Assembly (NCBI GenBank): GCA_027021195.1
Contig: JALUUW010000003.1
Location: forward strand, 4,843 to 68,842
Source: Candidatus Pacearchaeota archaeon
GTDB taxonomy: Archaea; Nanobdellota; Nanobdellia; Pacearchaeales; GW2011-AR1
DNA length: 64,000 bases
Direction of reading: 5' to 3'
The translations under genes were made by a program, and so were the position numbers. This document shows, piece after piece, positions 25,382 through 34,189 of the stretch (its first letter is position 1; every line of letters starts with the position of its first letter). A model generated the notes under the pieces. It saw only the letters and a program-made list of their open reading frames with translations, had not been told where the DNA came from and ran no database searches.

Positions 25382-25921
25382 TTAAATATGTTTTTGAAGC
25401 TCTTTTAAAGCAACCTTCAGCCAATAAGAATAATTGCCGGGGTTTTCTTTAATGTCTTTTTTTAATTCTTTCATAGAAATCCATTTGTAATCTTTAACTT
25501 CAATAGGATTCGGAGATATCTTCTGGCTTTCATTGATTTTTCCTATAAAAACACAGTCATATTCATGCTCAATCAGCCCGTTGTCAAACTCTGTTTTATA
25601 AGTAAAACAGAATAATCTTTTAAGTTTGCAGCTAAATCCCATCTCTTCAATAAGTCTTCTATTGGCTGCATCATAATCGCTTTCACCAGGCCTTGGATGG
25701 CTGCAGCAGGTGTTTGACCAAAGCCCGCCTGAATGGTATTTTGCTTTTGCCCTTTTCTGCAGCAGCAGCTCATCCTTTGAATTAAAAACAAAAATTGAAA
25801 AAGCCCTGTGAAGCTTCCCTTCCTTATGAGCCTTTATTTTTTCCTCTTCCCCGATTTTCCTGTTGTTTTCATCAACAAGTATTACTTTTTCTTTAGCTTG
25901 ATTTTTCATTGTTTTTTCCAT
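25382..25921 (-). CDS. idi: isopentenyl-diphosphate delta-isomerase, type 1 (Nudix)
   Basis: LHRAFSIFVFNSKDELLLQKRA..K..SGGLWSNTCCSHP..EHEYDCVF, which are characteristic type-1 IDI motifs. Confidence 0.8.
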   Translation of the reverse strand: MEKTMKNQAKEKVILVDENNRKIGEEEKIKAHKEGKLHRAFSIFVFNSKDELLLQKRAKAKYHSGGLWSNTCCSHPRPGESDYDAANRRLIEEMGFSCKLKRLFCFTYKTEFDNGLIEHEYDCVFIGKINESQKISPNPIEVKDYKWISMKELKKDIKENPGNYSYWLKVALKELQKHI

Positions 25922-25968
25922 TATCCATCAATGATAATTCTTTTGTTTCGCAGCTATTAAAAATTGTT

Positions 25969-26394
25969 TCATTTTTTCCAGTACCTTTTAAATCCGTGGC
26001 TGTCCAGCTCTTTGTTTAAAAGCTCATCAGCCATCTGCTGGAATTTGTCCCATCTGCTTACATGCTTGTAGGCTATTTCTTTAAAGTTCTCCTGAAGCTT
26101 CTGGACTTTTAGAAATAATGGAAGCAATTTTGGGTCTCTGACTCTGTACTCTCCTAAAAGCTGCTTGACTATTAATTCTGAATCCAAAAAACACATTACC
26201 TTTTCCCTAGTATGCTTTGAAGCGAGCTGCAATGCTTTAATTAATGCCTCATATTCAGCCATATTGTTTGTGACTCTTCTTCCTATAAACTGGCTGTATC
26301 TGGTAAGTATCTCTTCATCTCTTCTTACTATAACTCCTATTGCACCAGGCCCTGGATTGCCTCTTGCCCCTCCGTCTGAATTTGTGTATATCAT
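25969..26394 (-). CDS. rnhA: ribonuclease HI
   Basis: SDGGARGNPGPGAIGVI, NNMAEYEALIKAL, LDSELIV and ADELLNK give the D-E-D-D catalytic pattern. Confidence 0.8.
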   Translation of the reverse strand: MIYTNSDGGARGNPGPGAIGVIVRRDEEILTRYSQFIGRRVTNNMAEYEALIKALQLASKHTREKVMCFLDSELIVKQLLGEYRVRDPKLLPLFLKVQKLQENFKEIAYKHVSRWDKFQQMADELLNKELDSHGFKRYWKK

Positions 26395-26427
26395 TTTATT
26401 TTTGCCATATATTTGGTTTTATCTGAT

Positions 26428-26703
26428 TCATATATGCAAAACCTTAAAGGCCTTAAATCCCTGAAATCTCTCAGGCTTAATCTGAACATTTTTTATCTGC
26501 GCATGGCGAGGGCCTTTTTTGCACAACTCAATCATCTTATTTACATCATTAACATCTCCTTCAAGAAAAACTTCAACTCTTCCGTCTTCTAAATTTCTTG
26601 TAAATCCTTTAACATTGTATCTTTCAGCATTTTCCTTTACAAATGCCCTAAAGAAGACTCCCTGAACAGTCCCGCTGATGTATAATCTTACAGACTTTTT
26701 CAT
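26428..26703 (-). CDS. acyP: acylphosphatase
   Basis: ISGTVQGVFFRAFV...VKGFTRNLEDGRVEV. Size is 91 aa. Confidence 0.85.
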   Translation of the reverse strand: MKKSVRLYISGTVQGVFFRAFVKENAERYNVKGFTRNLEDGRVEVFLEGDVNDVNKMIELCKKGPRHAQIKNVQIKPERFQGFKAFKVLHI

Positions 26704-26791
26704 AATAAAGGATATTGGCTTTGGTTTATTAATTTTGTTAAAATTATATGAAAGCAGAAATAATTATAAACTGGCTCTGGCAGGTTTTTTT

Positions 26792-27433
26792 ATGGATCTG
26801 TTTGAGCAAATAAAAGAAGAAGTAAGATACTTTTTTGAAGAGTCTAAAGGAAGCCATGATTGGGAGCATGTTGAAAGAGTCTATAATCTTGCACTTCATA
26901 TAGGGCAAAAAGAAAATGCGGATTTGGAGATTTTGAAGCTTGCTGTAATCTTGCACGATATTGGAAGAGCTGAGCAGGATAATTCTAAGGGAAAAATATG
27001 TCATGCAGAAATTGGGGCGGCACTTGCCAGACAGCTGTTGGAAAAATATGGATTGGAAAAAGAGAAGATTGACAAGATAGTTCACTGCATTGAAACTCAC
27101 AGATTCAGGAACAGCAAGGAGCCTAAGTCAAAAGAGGCCAAGATACTCTTTGATGCAGATAAATTAGATTCAATAGGGGCTGTTGGAGTAGGAAGGGCAT
27201 TTTTATTTGCAGGAGAGCATGGAAACAAGCTCCATAATTCTAAAGGAATAGATGTTGAAAAGACAGATGCTTATACGAGAGAAGATACTGCTTACAGGGA
27301 ATTTATAGTTAAGCTTAGGAAAATTAAAGACAAGATGCTTACACAAGAAGGAAAAAGAATTGCTGAAGAGAGGCACAAATTTATGGAGGAATTTTTTGAG
27401 AGGCTGAATAAGGAGGTTGAAGGGGAATTGTGA
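26792..27433 (+). CDS. HD-domain phosphohydrolase
   Basis: HDWEHVERV...ILHDIGR...DADKLDSIG. The track start at 26678 would overlap acyP, so the ATG at 26792 is preferred. Confidence 0.75.
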   Translation: MDLFEQIKEEVRYFFEESKGSHDWEHVERVYNLALHIGQKENADLEILKLAVILHDIGRAEQDNSKGKICHAEIGAALARQLLEKYGLEKEKIDKIVHCIETHRFRNSKEPKSKEAKILFDADKLDSIGAVGVGRAFLFAGEHGNKLHNSKGIDVEKTDAYTREDTAYREFIVKLRKIKDKMLTQEGKRIAEERHKFMEEFFERLNKEVEGEL

Positions 27434-27446
27434 TTTTTTGTTTTAA

Positions 27447-28043
27447 CTAAATTCCTCTCCTGTCCAGCTCGTTGTTCACAATGGCAACTGTCTGGCTGGC
27501 AAAATACATCTTAGGGCCAATGGAGATTTTCTTTGCAATTTTTTTCAGCCTTTTAAGCTCTTTGATAGGAAGCCCTTCGTGGTCCCCTAAAACAAAAACA
27601 CTTTCTTCAGGAATTTTTGCCTTTCTTATGTCTTCTCCCTTTCTGTCAAGAATGAATATTTCATTTCCATCCTCATAGAGCCCCTCAACAACTTTCAGAA
27701 AGCTCTTTTTCTCTATAAAGCATCCGGAAAGAGCTTCTGTTTTTTTGCCTTCCCTGTACTTGTAAAGGATTTTTTTAATTAAATTCCCTATGTCTTTCTT
27801 GCTTATGTCAAGCTCAGGAGTTACCTGCATTTCAATGTGTTTTGGAGCATCAGGAGGGCCGTAAAATACCAAGTGCATCTTAACATCCTTTCTGAATCCA
27901 TGGGAAAGAAAAAAAGCAGAGATGATTGTGTGTATTGCAATGTCCATTCTACCTGCTTTCATCAGGTTTCCTTTTCCTTTTTCTCCTGAAAGGGCCTTTC
28001 CAGATGTCGCTGCTTTGCTTGAAAAATATATGAAGTGCCTCAT
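27447..28043 (-). CDS. trmY: tRNA (pseudouridine54-N1)-methyltransferase TrmY-like (SPOUT)
   Basis: The N-terminus (MRHFIYFSSKAATSG) and GRMDIAIHTIISAFFLSHGFRKDV resemble Mj1640-type TrmY as I recall it. Confidence 0.6.
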   Translation of the reverse strand: MRHFIYFSSKAATSGKALSGEKGKGNLMKAGRMDIAIHTIISAFFLSHGFRKDVKMHLVFYGPPDAPKHIEMQVTPELDISKKDIGNLIKKILYKYREGKKTEALSGCFIEKKSFLKVVEGLYEDGNEIFILDRKGEDIRKAKIPEESVFVLGDHEGLPIKELKRLKKIAKKISIGPKMYFASQTVAIVNNELDRRGI

Positions 28044-28054
28044 GAAAAAATTAA

Positions 28055-28996
28055 TCAGGCATTCTTTTTAAAATTATACAGTGGCTGCAGAACAAATTCC
28101 GGCTTTGCAAAAATTTCATCTCTGTTTTTATCATAAGTGTTGATTACTTTATACATTCCGATAAACCTTTCTCCTGAAAAAACACATATAATTCTTCCTT
28201 TTTCAATCTCTTCCCCTTCATCCATCAAATCTTTAGTAAAAATTGGCTTTCCTGTTAAAAGCCTTTTAATCTCTTTTTCTTTGACCCGCACAACTGGATA
28301 AACTTCAGACACTATTTCAGCAGGGACTATAATGTCTTTCAATGGCTTTTCACTGCCTTTCCTGTATTCTTCAACAGCTTTTTCAAAATCATACAAATTT
28401 ACAGATGGATACTTGCAATTCTTGTTTCTGTATTCTGAGAAAATTCCTGCCCTTATCCTCCTTAATTCAAGCATGTGTGCTCCTATTCCAAGCTCTTTCC
28501 CCAAATCATCAATCAATTTCCTTATGTAAGTTCCTCCCTCGCACTCAACATGAAACAAAATATCTTTTCCATCTTCGCTTTTTTCAAGCAGCTCAAATTT
28601 TTTTATCTCTCTTTCTCTGAATTGCCTTTTAACTCTTGATTTCACAGGAGGCATCTGCATAATCCTGCCAATGAATTTTTCCCTTATTGTCTCTTTAATT
28701 TTTTCCATAGGAGTATCCTCATGAATTCTCATTATCCCAACATACTCTTTATCCTCTCCCAAAAAAAATCCAGTCAGCTTGCATGCTCTGTTTAATGCAA
28801 TGGGCAAAACTCCTGTAACTTTTGGGTCAAGTGTTCCAAAATGGCTTGTTTTCCTGATTCCAAAATCCTTCAAGGCTTTCCTGACAAAATCAGAAATATT
28901 GAATGATGTAGGTCCTGAAGGCTTGTCAATGTTTATAATCCCGAATTCCAAAAGCTCTTGAATGCTTTTCTTCACTTTTAGTTTTTCAATATCCAT
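28055..28996 (-). CDS. cbf5: H/ACA RNP pseudouridine synthase Cbf5 (TruB family) with PUA domain
   Basis: GIINIDKPSGPTSFNISDFV...HFGTLDPKVTGVLPIALNRACKL. Confidence 0.85.
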   Translation of the reverse strand: MDIEKLKVKKSIQELLEFGIINIDKPSGPTSFNISDFVRKALKDFGIRKTSHFGTLDPKVTGVLPIALNRACKLTGFFLGEDKEYVGIMRIHEDTPMEKIKETIREKFIGRIMQMPPVKSRVKRQFREREIKKFELLEKSEDGKDILFHVECEGGTYIRKLIDDLGKELGIGAHMLELRRIRAGIFSEYRNKNCKYPSVNLYDFEKAVEEYRKGSEKPLKDIIVPAEIVSEVYPVVRVKEKEIKRLLTGKPIFTKDLMDEGEEIEKGRIICVFSGERFIGMYKVINTYDKNRDEIFAKPEFVLQPLYNFKKNA

Positions 28997-29145
28997 AATA
29001 TCTCCTGTTAAATGCCTTTAAAAAGCATTAATTTACTACTGAAATATCTTTGCAACCTTTCTTTAAGAAATCTTCTGATTTTTATAATATTTCTGCAAGA
29101 GCCTGTTATGAAAATCTTTATAAAGTTTGTAATTCTTAATAAAAA

Positions 29146-29724
29146 ATGCTTGATAGGGATATTTCCCAAGGCCAAGGTGTTTTTGAGGTCAGAGGGGATT
29201 ACAGCATAAAATTCCCAATGGGGAAAGAGGAGAGGGAGATTATATCAGGAGATTATGCAGTATATTTCTATAATCAGATTTTAAATGCAGAAACTCCTTC
29301 TGAATGTTCTTTTTTTAGAATAGTGTTTGACGGGCTTAGATTTGAGGAACAACAAAGCCTGATACGCATTCATGAATGGTGTATGGGTGAAAAAGCAAAT
29401 CACTATATAGGGTATGGAAATGCTGCTCTTGATTTGTATGAAAGAATGGGAGTTGATGTAGGGAACTACATTGAGATAATAAAAAGGCTTGAGGATAAAA
29501 AATATGGTCATTGCAATGAGTGCGGATACCTGTTTGATGAAGAGTTTAAAAAAGAGAACAGGATAGGCTTTATTACGAAAAATCCGGGCAGAATATTTAA
29601 GCCATTTAACATATCTTCCAGCTATTGCGACGACTGCCTTGAAGAGGTTAGAGATAAAAATAAGAGGCTGAAGATAGCTGAAAGATTAAGCCATGATTTT
29701 AGGATTTTTACCACCCTTTTATGA
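29146..29724 (+). CDS. hypothetical protein with C-terminal Zn-ribbon-like CxxC pairs
   Basis: HCNECG....YCDDC. No other motif recognised. Confidence 0.4.
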   Translation: MLDRDISQGQGVFEVRGDYSIKFPMGKEEREIISGDYAVYFYNQILNAETPSECSFFRIVFDGLRFEEQQSLIRIHEWCMGEKANHYIGYGNAALDLYERMGVDVGNYIEIIKRLEDKKYGHCNECGYLFDEEFKKENRIGFITKNPGRIFKPFNISSSYCDDCLEEVRDKNKRLKIAERLSHDFRIFTTLL

Positions 29725-29745
29725 TTTCGGATTATAATTTAAGTT

Positions 29746-30390
29746 CTACTTCTTTAAGGCCTTTCTAAATTCATGCTTTGGCTTTTTTGCCTTCTCTTGA
29801 ACCTGATGTTTTGCTTTTTTATGAGCTTCTTTTTCAAGTTGCTTTCCTTCTTCAACAACTGAGGCCTTTTTTTCTTCCTCCTCTTTTTTTTCTTCTTTTG
29901 CCTCTTCCTTGATTCTTTTTTCTTCAGCCTCTTTTGCAGCTGCTTTTTTCTTTTCAGCAACTTCTGATGCAAGCTTCTCTCTTTTTTCTTCCCTTAATCT
30001 CTTAAACTTTAATTTTTCAGGAAGCTCAGCAAGCTCTGCAACAACTGTATCGCTTCCTGATTCTTTAACTGCTTTAACTCTTACTTTTACAGGAGGCTTT
30101 CTTATTCCTCTGCTCCAGACAAATTCATTCAGGTATTTGTCAATCTTGACTTTTCCCAAATCCCCGTCTCTTATTTTCATATGCCTTACTAAGAACTCTT
30201 TGATTGTTTTTACTGCTTTGTTTGCTTTTTTATATCTTGGAACAGCTTCAAGCTTTTTCCGAAGAGGAATAACATATTCTCTTTCAATGCCTTTTGGATT
30301 CTCTTTTTTTGATTTATTATCTCCAGAGGCTCCTTGCTTTTGAGGGCTTTCTTTTCCTTTGGTTTCTCTTGTTTCAGTTTTTTCTGTCAT
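29746..30390 (-). CDS. rpl31e: ribosomal protein L31e with long charged N- and C-terminal extensions
   Basis: The core (REYVIPLRKKLEAVPRYKKANKAVKTIKEFLVRHMK...VRVKAV) is L31e-like. At 214 aa it is far longer than the ~90 aa typical, and it has a K/E-rich tail. Confidence 0.75.
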   Translation of the reverse strand: MTEKTETRETKGKESPQKQGASGDNKSKKENPKGIEREYVIPLRKKLEAVPRYKKANKAVKTIKEFLVRHMKIRDGDLGKVKIDKYLNEFVWSRGIRKPPVKVRVKAVKESGSDTVVAELAELPEKLKFKRLREEKREKLASEVAEKKKAAAKEAEEKRIKEEAKEEKKEEEEKKASVVEEGKQLEKEAHKKAKHQVQEKAKKPKHEFRKALKK

Positions 30391-30400
30391 ATTATGGAAT

Positions 30401-30604
30401 TTAGCCGAAATGAGATTTTCTCTGTTTTCTTGGCTTGATATGCAATTTAGTTCTTCTCCATGAGCGCCTGTGTTTTGTTATGGCTGAAGGATGAATTCTT
30501 TTTCCCATTCCAAACTTTTTCAGGACAACCCACACAGGAGCCCACTTAGTCTGCCTTCCTTTTTTTGCAAGCTGCGCTTTTTTTTGCGGATTTTTTATTG
30601 GCAT
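30401..30604 (-). CDS. rpl39e: ribosomal protein L39e
   Basis: LAKKGRQTKWAPVWVVLK...HPSAITKHRRSWRRTKL. Confidence 0.8.
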   Translation of the reverse strand: MPIKNPQKKAQLAKKGRQTKWAPVWVVLKKFGMGKRIHPSAITKHRRSWRRTKLHIKPRKQRKSHFG

Positions 30605-30609
30605 TTTCC

Positions 30610-30861
30610 TTATCTACTCTCCTTTGCTTTAAATTTTCTCAGAATATTGTTCTTTTTTCCACACAAGATTTCTGCAGGGACAAATTCTTTTCCAGATTTT
30701 AGCAAAGCGTATACTCTTGTTTCTCCACCCCTTTGAGATATTAAAAAATCTCTCCTGTCTTCTTTGCAAGTGAATTTTTCTAACTTTCCTTCTTTAATCT
30801 CCCAAGGATAAGCTATTCGGTAAATTGTTCCTGAATACTTTCTTCCTGAATAATCCATCAT
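30610..30861 (-). CDS. hypothetical 83-aa protein in the r-protein operon
   Basis: ATGA overlap with the S19e stop. No motif recognised. Confidence 0.4.
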   Translation of the reverse strand: MMDYSGRKYSGTIYRIAYPWEIKEGKLEKFTCKEDRRDFLISQRGGETRVYALLKSGKEFVPAEILCGKKNNILRKFKAKESR

Positions 30862-31280
30862 TTTATTCCCTCCAAAAACTCTTTTCCTTTTTGAGTAAGC
30901 TTCCTTCCGGGCTTTCTTCCCTTTACTCCTTTGACAGCCTTTACAATCTCTGTAAAACCTGCCTTGTCTGATTGCTGAAGAATCGTCCTGATTATCTTTC
31001 CTCCGGCCTTTCTGAATTCTTCTGGCTTAAACCCTCTGTTTTTTTTGCTTCCATACTTTGTCCTGAGTCTGTTGACTCCTACACTGTTTTTTTTGTAAAT
31101 CTGCCTTAAAATGCTTGCAGCCCTCTTGTACCAAAAGTCAGGGTCATCTATTGGTCTTTCCTTTGCTGGCCCTGACTTGACAAATTCAGCCCACTCCGGC
31201 TGCTTAAATTCATCAACTTTCTTCAGCGCTTCAGCTAATTTTTTGTTGTATTCACTGGCATCAATGTCATAAACTCCCAT
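30858..31280 (-). CDS. rps19e: ribosomal protein S19e
   Basis: PEWAEFVKSGPAKERPIDDPDFWYKRAASILRQIY...GGKIIRTILQQ. Confidence 0.85.
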   Translation of the reverse strand: MGVYDIDASEYNKKLAEALKKVDEFKQPEWAEFVKSGPAKERPIDDPDFWYKRAASILRQIYKKNSVGVNRLRTKYGSKKNRGFKPEEFRKAGGKIIRTILQQSDKAGFTEIVKAVKGVKGRKPGRKLTQKGKEFLEGIK

Positions 31281-31478
31281 TTTATGTTTTCTTTGTCTGA
31301 AATTTAGCCACGCTTTGCAGCGTTAGATAAGTCTCCTTTTTTGGAGACCACTCAGCTAAAAATTATCAACAAAGTTAGTTTATAAATCTATCTGAAACAC
31401 CTGATTGGATGATGAAGTTTTTAAAAAGCCAACTCCTTAATTAATATCATGACTGGATAAAAAAAGACCATATAAAAA

Positions 31479-32957
31479 ATGCCACAAAATAAAACCAGAA
31501 GCTTCAAAACAAAAACAAAGAATTTTCAAATAAGCACTGCTATAGACTATCCTTCTGGAAAGTTTCATCTTGGCCACGCCTATGAAAAAATATGCACTGA
31601 CACTTTTGCAAGATGGAAGAGGCTAAAGGGGTATAATGTGCATTTTAGCACCGGAACTGATTGTCATGGATTAAAGATAGAGAGGATAGCAAAAAAACAT
31701 GGCAAAACACCTCTTGAATTTGTTAATGAAATATCAGGGGGATTTAAGGATCTGTCAAAATCACTCAATGTCTCTTATGATGATTTTATTATGACGACTG
31801 AAGAAAGGCACAAGAAGGTTGTAGCAAAGATACTAAATGGCCTGAAAAATAAAGGAGAAATTTACAAAGGGTATTACGAAGGGCTTTATTGTGTTGAATG
31901 TGAAACATATTATACTGAAAAAGATGCAGAAAATATGTGCTGCCCAATACATAAAAATGCTCTGGAAAAGATAAAAGAAGAAAGTTATTTCTTTAAATTA
32001 AGCAAATATCAGAACAGGCTCATTAAGGCAATTAAAGACAGAAATCTGGTTTGGCCTGAAAAGAAGAAAAAAGAGATTTTGAACAGGCTAAAAGAGCCTC
32101 TAAAAGATTTGAGCATTAGCAGAGAAAATGTATCCTGGGGAATTCCCCTCCCTTTTGATAAAAATAAAACCGCTTTTGTCTGGGTTGAAGCTCTGATGAA
32201 TTATCTGACAACTGTTGATTATCCTAATAAGATGTTCAGGGATTTTTGGCCGGCAACCCATTTTATCGGCCCTGACATTGTGTGGCATCATACAGTAATA
32301 TGGTATTCGCTGCTAATGGCTTTAGAGTTAGAGCTGCCAAGAGTGGTTGTTCACGGATTTATAAATCTTAAAGGAGAAAAACTAAGCAAGGCAAGAGGCA
32401 TTACAATTGACCCTCTGGAACTATCAGAAAAGTTTTCTTCAGACAGCCTAAGGTATTTTTTAATGAGAAATATCCCCTTTGGCCAGGATGGAGATTTTTC
32501 AGAAAAAGCATTAATTGACAGGCATAACAACGAGCTGGCAGACAAGCTTGGCAACCTTGTTTCAAGAGTTTCAGGCTTAATTGAGAAAACAGGAATTGAG
32601 AAGACTCAAAACACTATTGCAGGAAAATTAAACATTGAAAAAATTGAAAAGCTGTTTGAGAGTTATGAGTTTGACAAGGTGCTGAATGAAATTTTTGCCT
32701 TTATTGACATATGCAACGAGTATATTCAGGAAAAAAAGCCGTGGGAGACAAAAGATGTTAAAGTTTTATATGAGGTTGCTGACAGCATTAAAGCAGTAGC
32801 AATTCTTCTTTGGCCTTTTATTCCTTCATCATGCGAGAGAATTGCAGAGCAGTTCGGGTTTGAAGTGGGAGAAAGGACTTTTGATAAAATTAAAGAGCCT
32901 TTAAAAATAAGCAAGATTAAAAAAAGAGAGATACTTTTTAAGAAAAGTAGCATTTAG
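31479..32957 (+). CDS. metG: methionyl-tRNA synthetase, catalytic core (lacks the C-terminal tRNA-binding domain)
   Basis: YPSGKFHLGHAYE (HIGH-type), Zn knuckle CVECETYY..CCPIH, KLSKARG (KMSKS-type). Ends at a TAG at 32955-32957. Confidence 0.9.
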   Translation: MPQNKTRSFKTKTKNFQISTAIDYPSGKFHLGHAYEKICTDTFARWKRLKGYNVHFSTGTDCHGLKIERIAKKHGKTPLEFVNEISGGFKDLSKSLNVSYDDFIMTTEERHKKVVAKILNGLKNKGEIYKGYYEGLYCVECETYYTEKDAENMCCPIHKNALEKIKEESYFFKLSKYQNRLIKAIKDRNLVWPEKKKKEILNRLKEPLKDLSISRENVSWGIPLPFDKNKTAFVWVEALMNYLTTVDYPNKMFRDFWPATHFIGPDIVWHHTVIWYSLLMALELELPRVVVHGFINLKGEKLSKARGITIDPLELSEKFSSDSLRYFLMRNIPFGQDGDFSEKALIDRHNNELADKLGNLVSRVSGLIEKTGIEKTQNTIAGKLNIEKIEKLFESYEFDKVLNEIFAFIDICNEYIQEKKPWETKDVKVLYEVADSIKAVAILLWPFIPSSCERIAEQFGFEVGERTFDKIKEPLKISKIKKREILFKKSSI

Positions 32958-32960
32958 AAA

Positions 32961-33308
32961 ATGGAGGGAATATTAAGCTTCAGCGACTGGCAAAAGCTTG
33001 ACTTAAGAGTAGGGCAGATTGTTGAAGTTGAAGATATCCAAGGGGCTGACAGGCTTTACAAGCTTACAATTGATTTGGGAGAGGAATTGGGAAAAAGAAT
33101 TGTCTGCGCAGGATTAAAAGAGCATTATTCTAAAGAAGAGCTAAAAGATAAAAAAGTAATTCTCTTTGTCAACCTGGCTCCAAGAAAACTAAAAGGAATT
33201 GAAAGCAGAGGGATGATTCTTGCTGCTGTTTCTGAATCAGGAGGCAGAAAAAAAGTATGTTTGCTTCAGCCAGACAAAGACATTGAAGCTGGGAGCAAAG
33301 TAAGTTAA
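32961..33308 (+). CDS. Trbp111/MetRS-C-like tRNA-binding domain protein
   Basis: FSDWQKLDLRVGQIVEVEDIQGADRLYKLTIDLGEE..RIVCAGL...NLAPRKLKGIESRGMILAA. It is in the same reading frame as metG, separated only by TAG-AAA. Confidence 0.8.
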   Translation: MEGILSFSDWQKLDLRVGQIVEVEDIQGADRLYKLTIDLGEELGKRIVCAGLKEHYSKEELKDKKVILFVNLAPRKLKGIESRGMILAAVSESGGRKKVCLLQPDKDIEAGSKVS

Positions 33309-33358
33309 ACATATATTTCGTAATCTATATATTGAAAAGTATATATTATTGTTTCTAT

Positions 33359-34135
33359 TTAAGCCTTTAAGCCTAATTTTTTAAGAACTCTTTCAATCAT
33401 CCTCTCTCTGTCTTTGTTTGAATCATATTCCACTTCAAGAATTCTTGCAGCAATTTCTTTATATGCGCGGGAAGGCTTGCTCTTTGGATGAGTATGAACA
33501 ATTGCATCTTTCATGTTCAAAGATTCCTGCACAGTTATGTCCTCTGGAATCATTCCAAGGATTGGGGCCTCAAGCATCTCCTTAACAACTTCAGGATGCA
33601 TTTCTGTATGGTTTTTCCTTACTCTCGTGACAATAACCCCAAGGACAGGTTTTTTCATTTGTTCTGCAAGTTTTATTGTCTTTAGAGCGTCAGTTATTGC
33701 AGGCATCTCCGGGTTTGTTACAACTATCAGCTCATCTGCAATCTCTATTGAAGGCAGAACTTCGCTTCCAAGGCCTGCAGCGCTGTCAACAATTATGTAT
33801 TCAGAAATTTTCAGGAAGTCTTTTCTGAATCCCTTTATTTTCTCTGGCTTTGTCCTTCTTAATTCTTTTATTGACAGGGAGGAAGGAAGCACTTTCATCC
33901 CTGACTCATGCTCGTAAATTGCTTCAAATACGTCTGCTTTTCCAGAGAGAACCTGGTTTAAAGTTATAGGGACTTCAGGAGACCCAAGATGAATTCCTAC
34001 ATTCGGAGTTGTAAGATTTCCGTCAATTATAAGAACATCCTTTCCAAAATGATTCATTGCTGCCCCAAGATTTATTGCAGTAGTTGTCTTTCCAACCCCT
34101 CCTTTTCCAGATGTAATAACAATTATCTTTCTCAT
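33359..34135 (-). CDS. minD: MinD/ParA-family P-loop ATPase
   Basis: IIVITSGKGGVGKTTTAINLGAAM (deviant Walker A) and IIVDSAAG. Confidence 0.8.
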   Translation of the reverse strand: MRKIIVITSGKGGVGKTTTAINLGAAMNHFGKDVLIIDGNLTTPNVGIHLGSPEVPITLNQVLSGKADVFEAIYEHESGMKVLPSSLSIKELRRTKPEKIKGFRKDFLKISEYIIVDSAAGLGSEVLPSIEIADELIVVTNPEMPAITDALKTIKLAEQMKKPVLGVIVTRVRKNHTEMHPEVVKEMLEAPILGMIPEDITVQESLNMKDAIVHTHPKSKPSRAYKEIAARILEVEYDSNKDRERMIERVLKKLGLKA

Positions 34136-34189
34136 TTTTAATTATCTCTGAAATATCTGTTTGAATCGCAGATAAAGAAGCTTAACTTC

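Noticed and set aside
26678-26791. Upstream extension of the HD-domain ORF.
   Set aside because: It would overlap the divergent acyP coding region and encodes a hydrophobic or odd peptide. The conserved HD protein begins at the ATG at 26792.
31409-31415. C-box-like ATGATGA in the metG upstream region, as a possible C/D box sRNA.
   Set aside because: No CTGA D box lies at the expected 40-60 nt downstream on the same strand, and there is no terminal stem. It is probably a chance match in promoter DNA.
6802-32957. Stop-codon reassignment as an explanation for the in-frame stops (TGA at 6802, TAA at 20126, TGA at 20309, TAG at 32955).
   Set aside because: All three stop codons are involved, and each also terminates many well-supported genes at the expected protein ends (for example primase TGA, rSAM TAA/TGA, metG TAG at a natural domain boundary). 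Decay or gene splits are simpler explanations.
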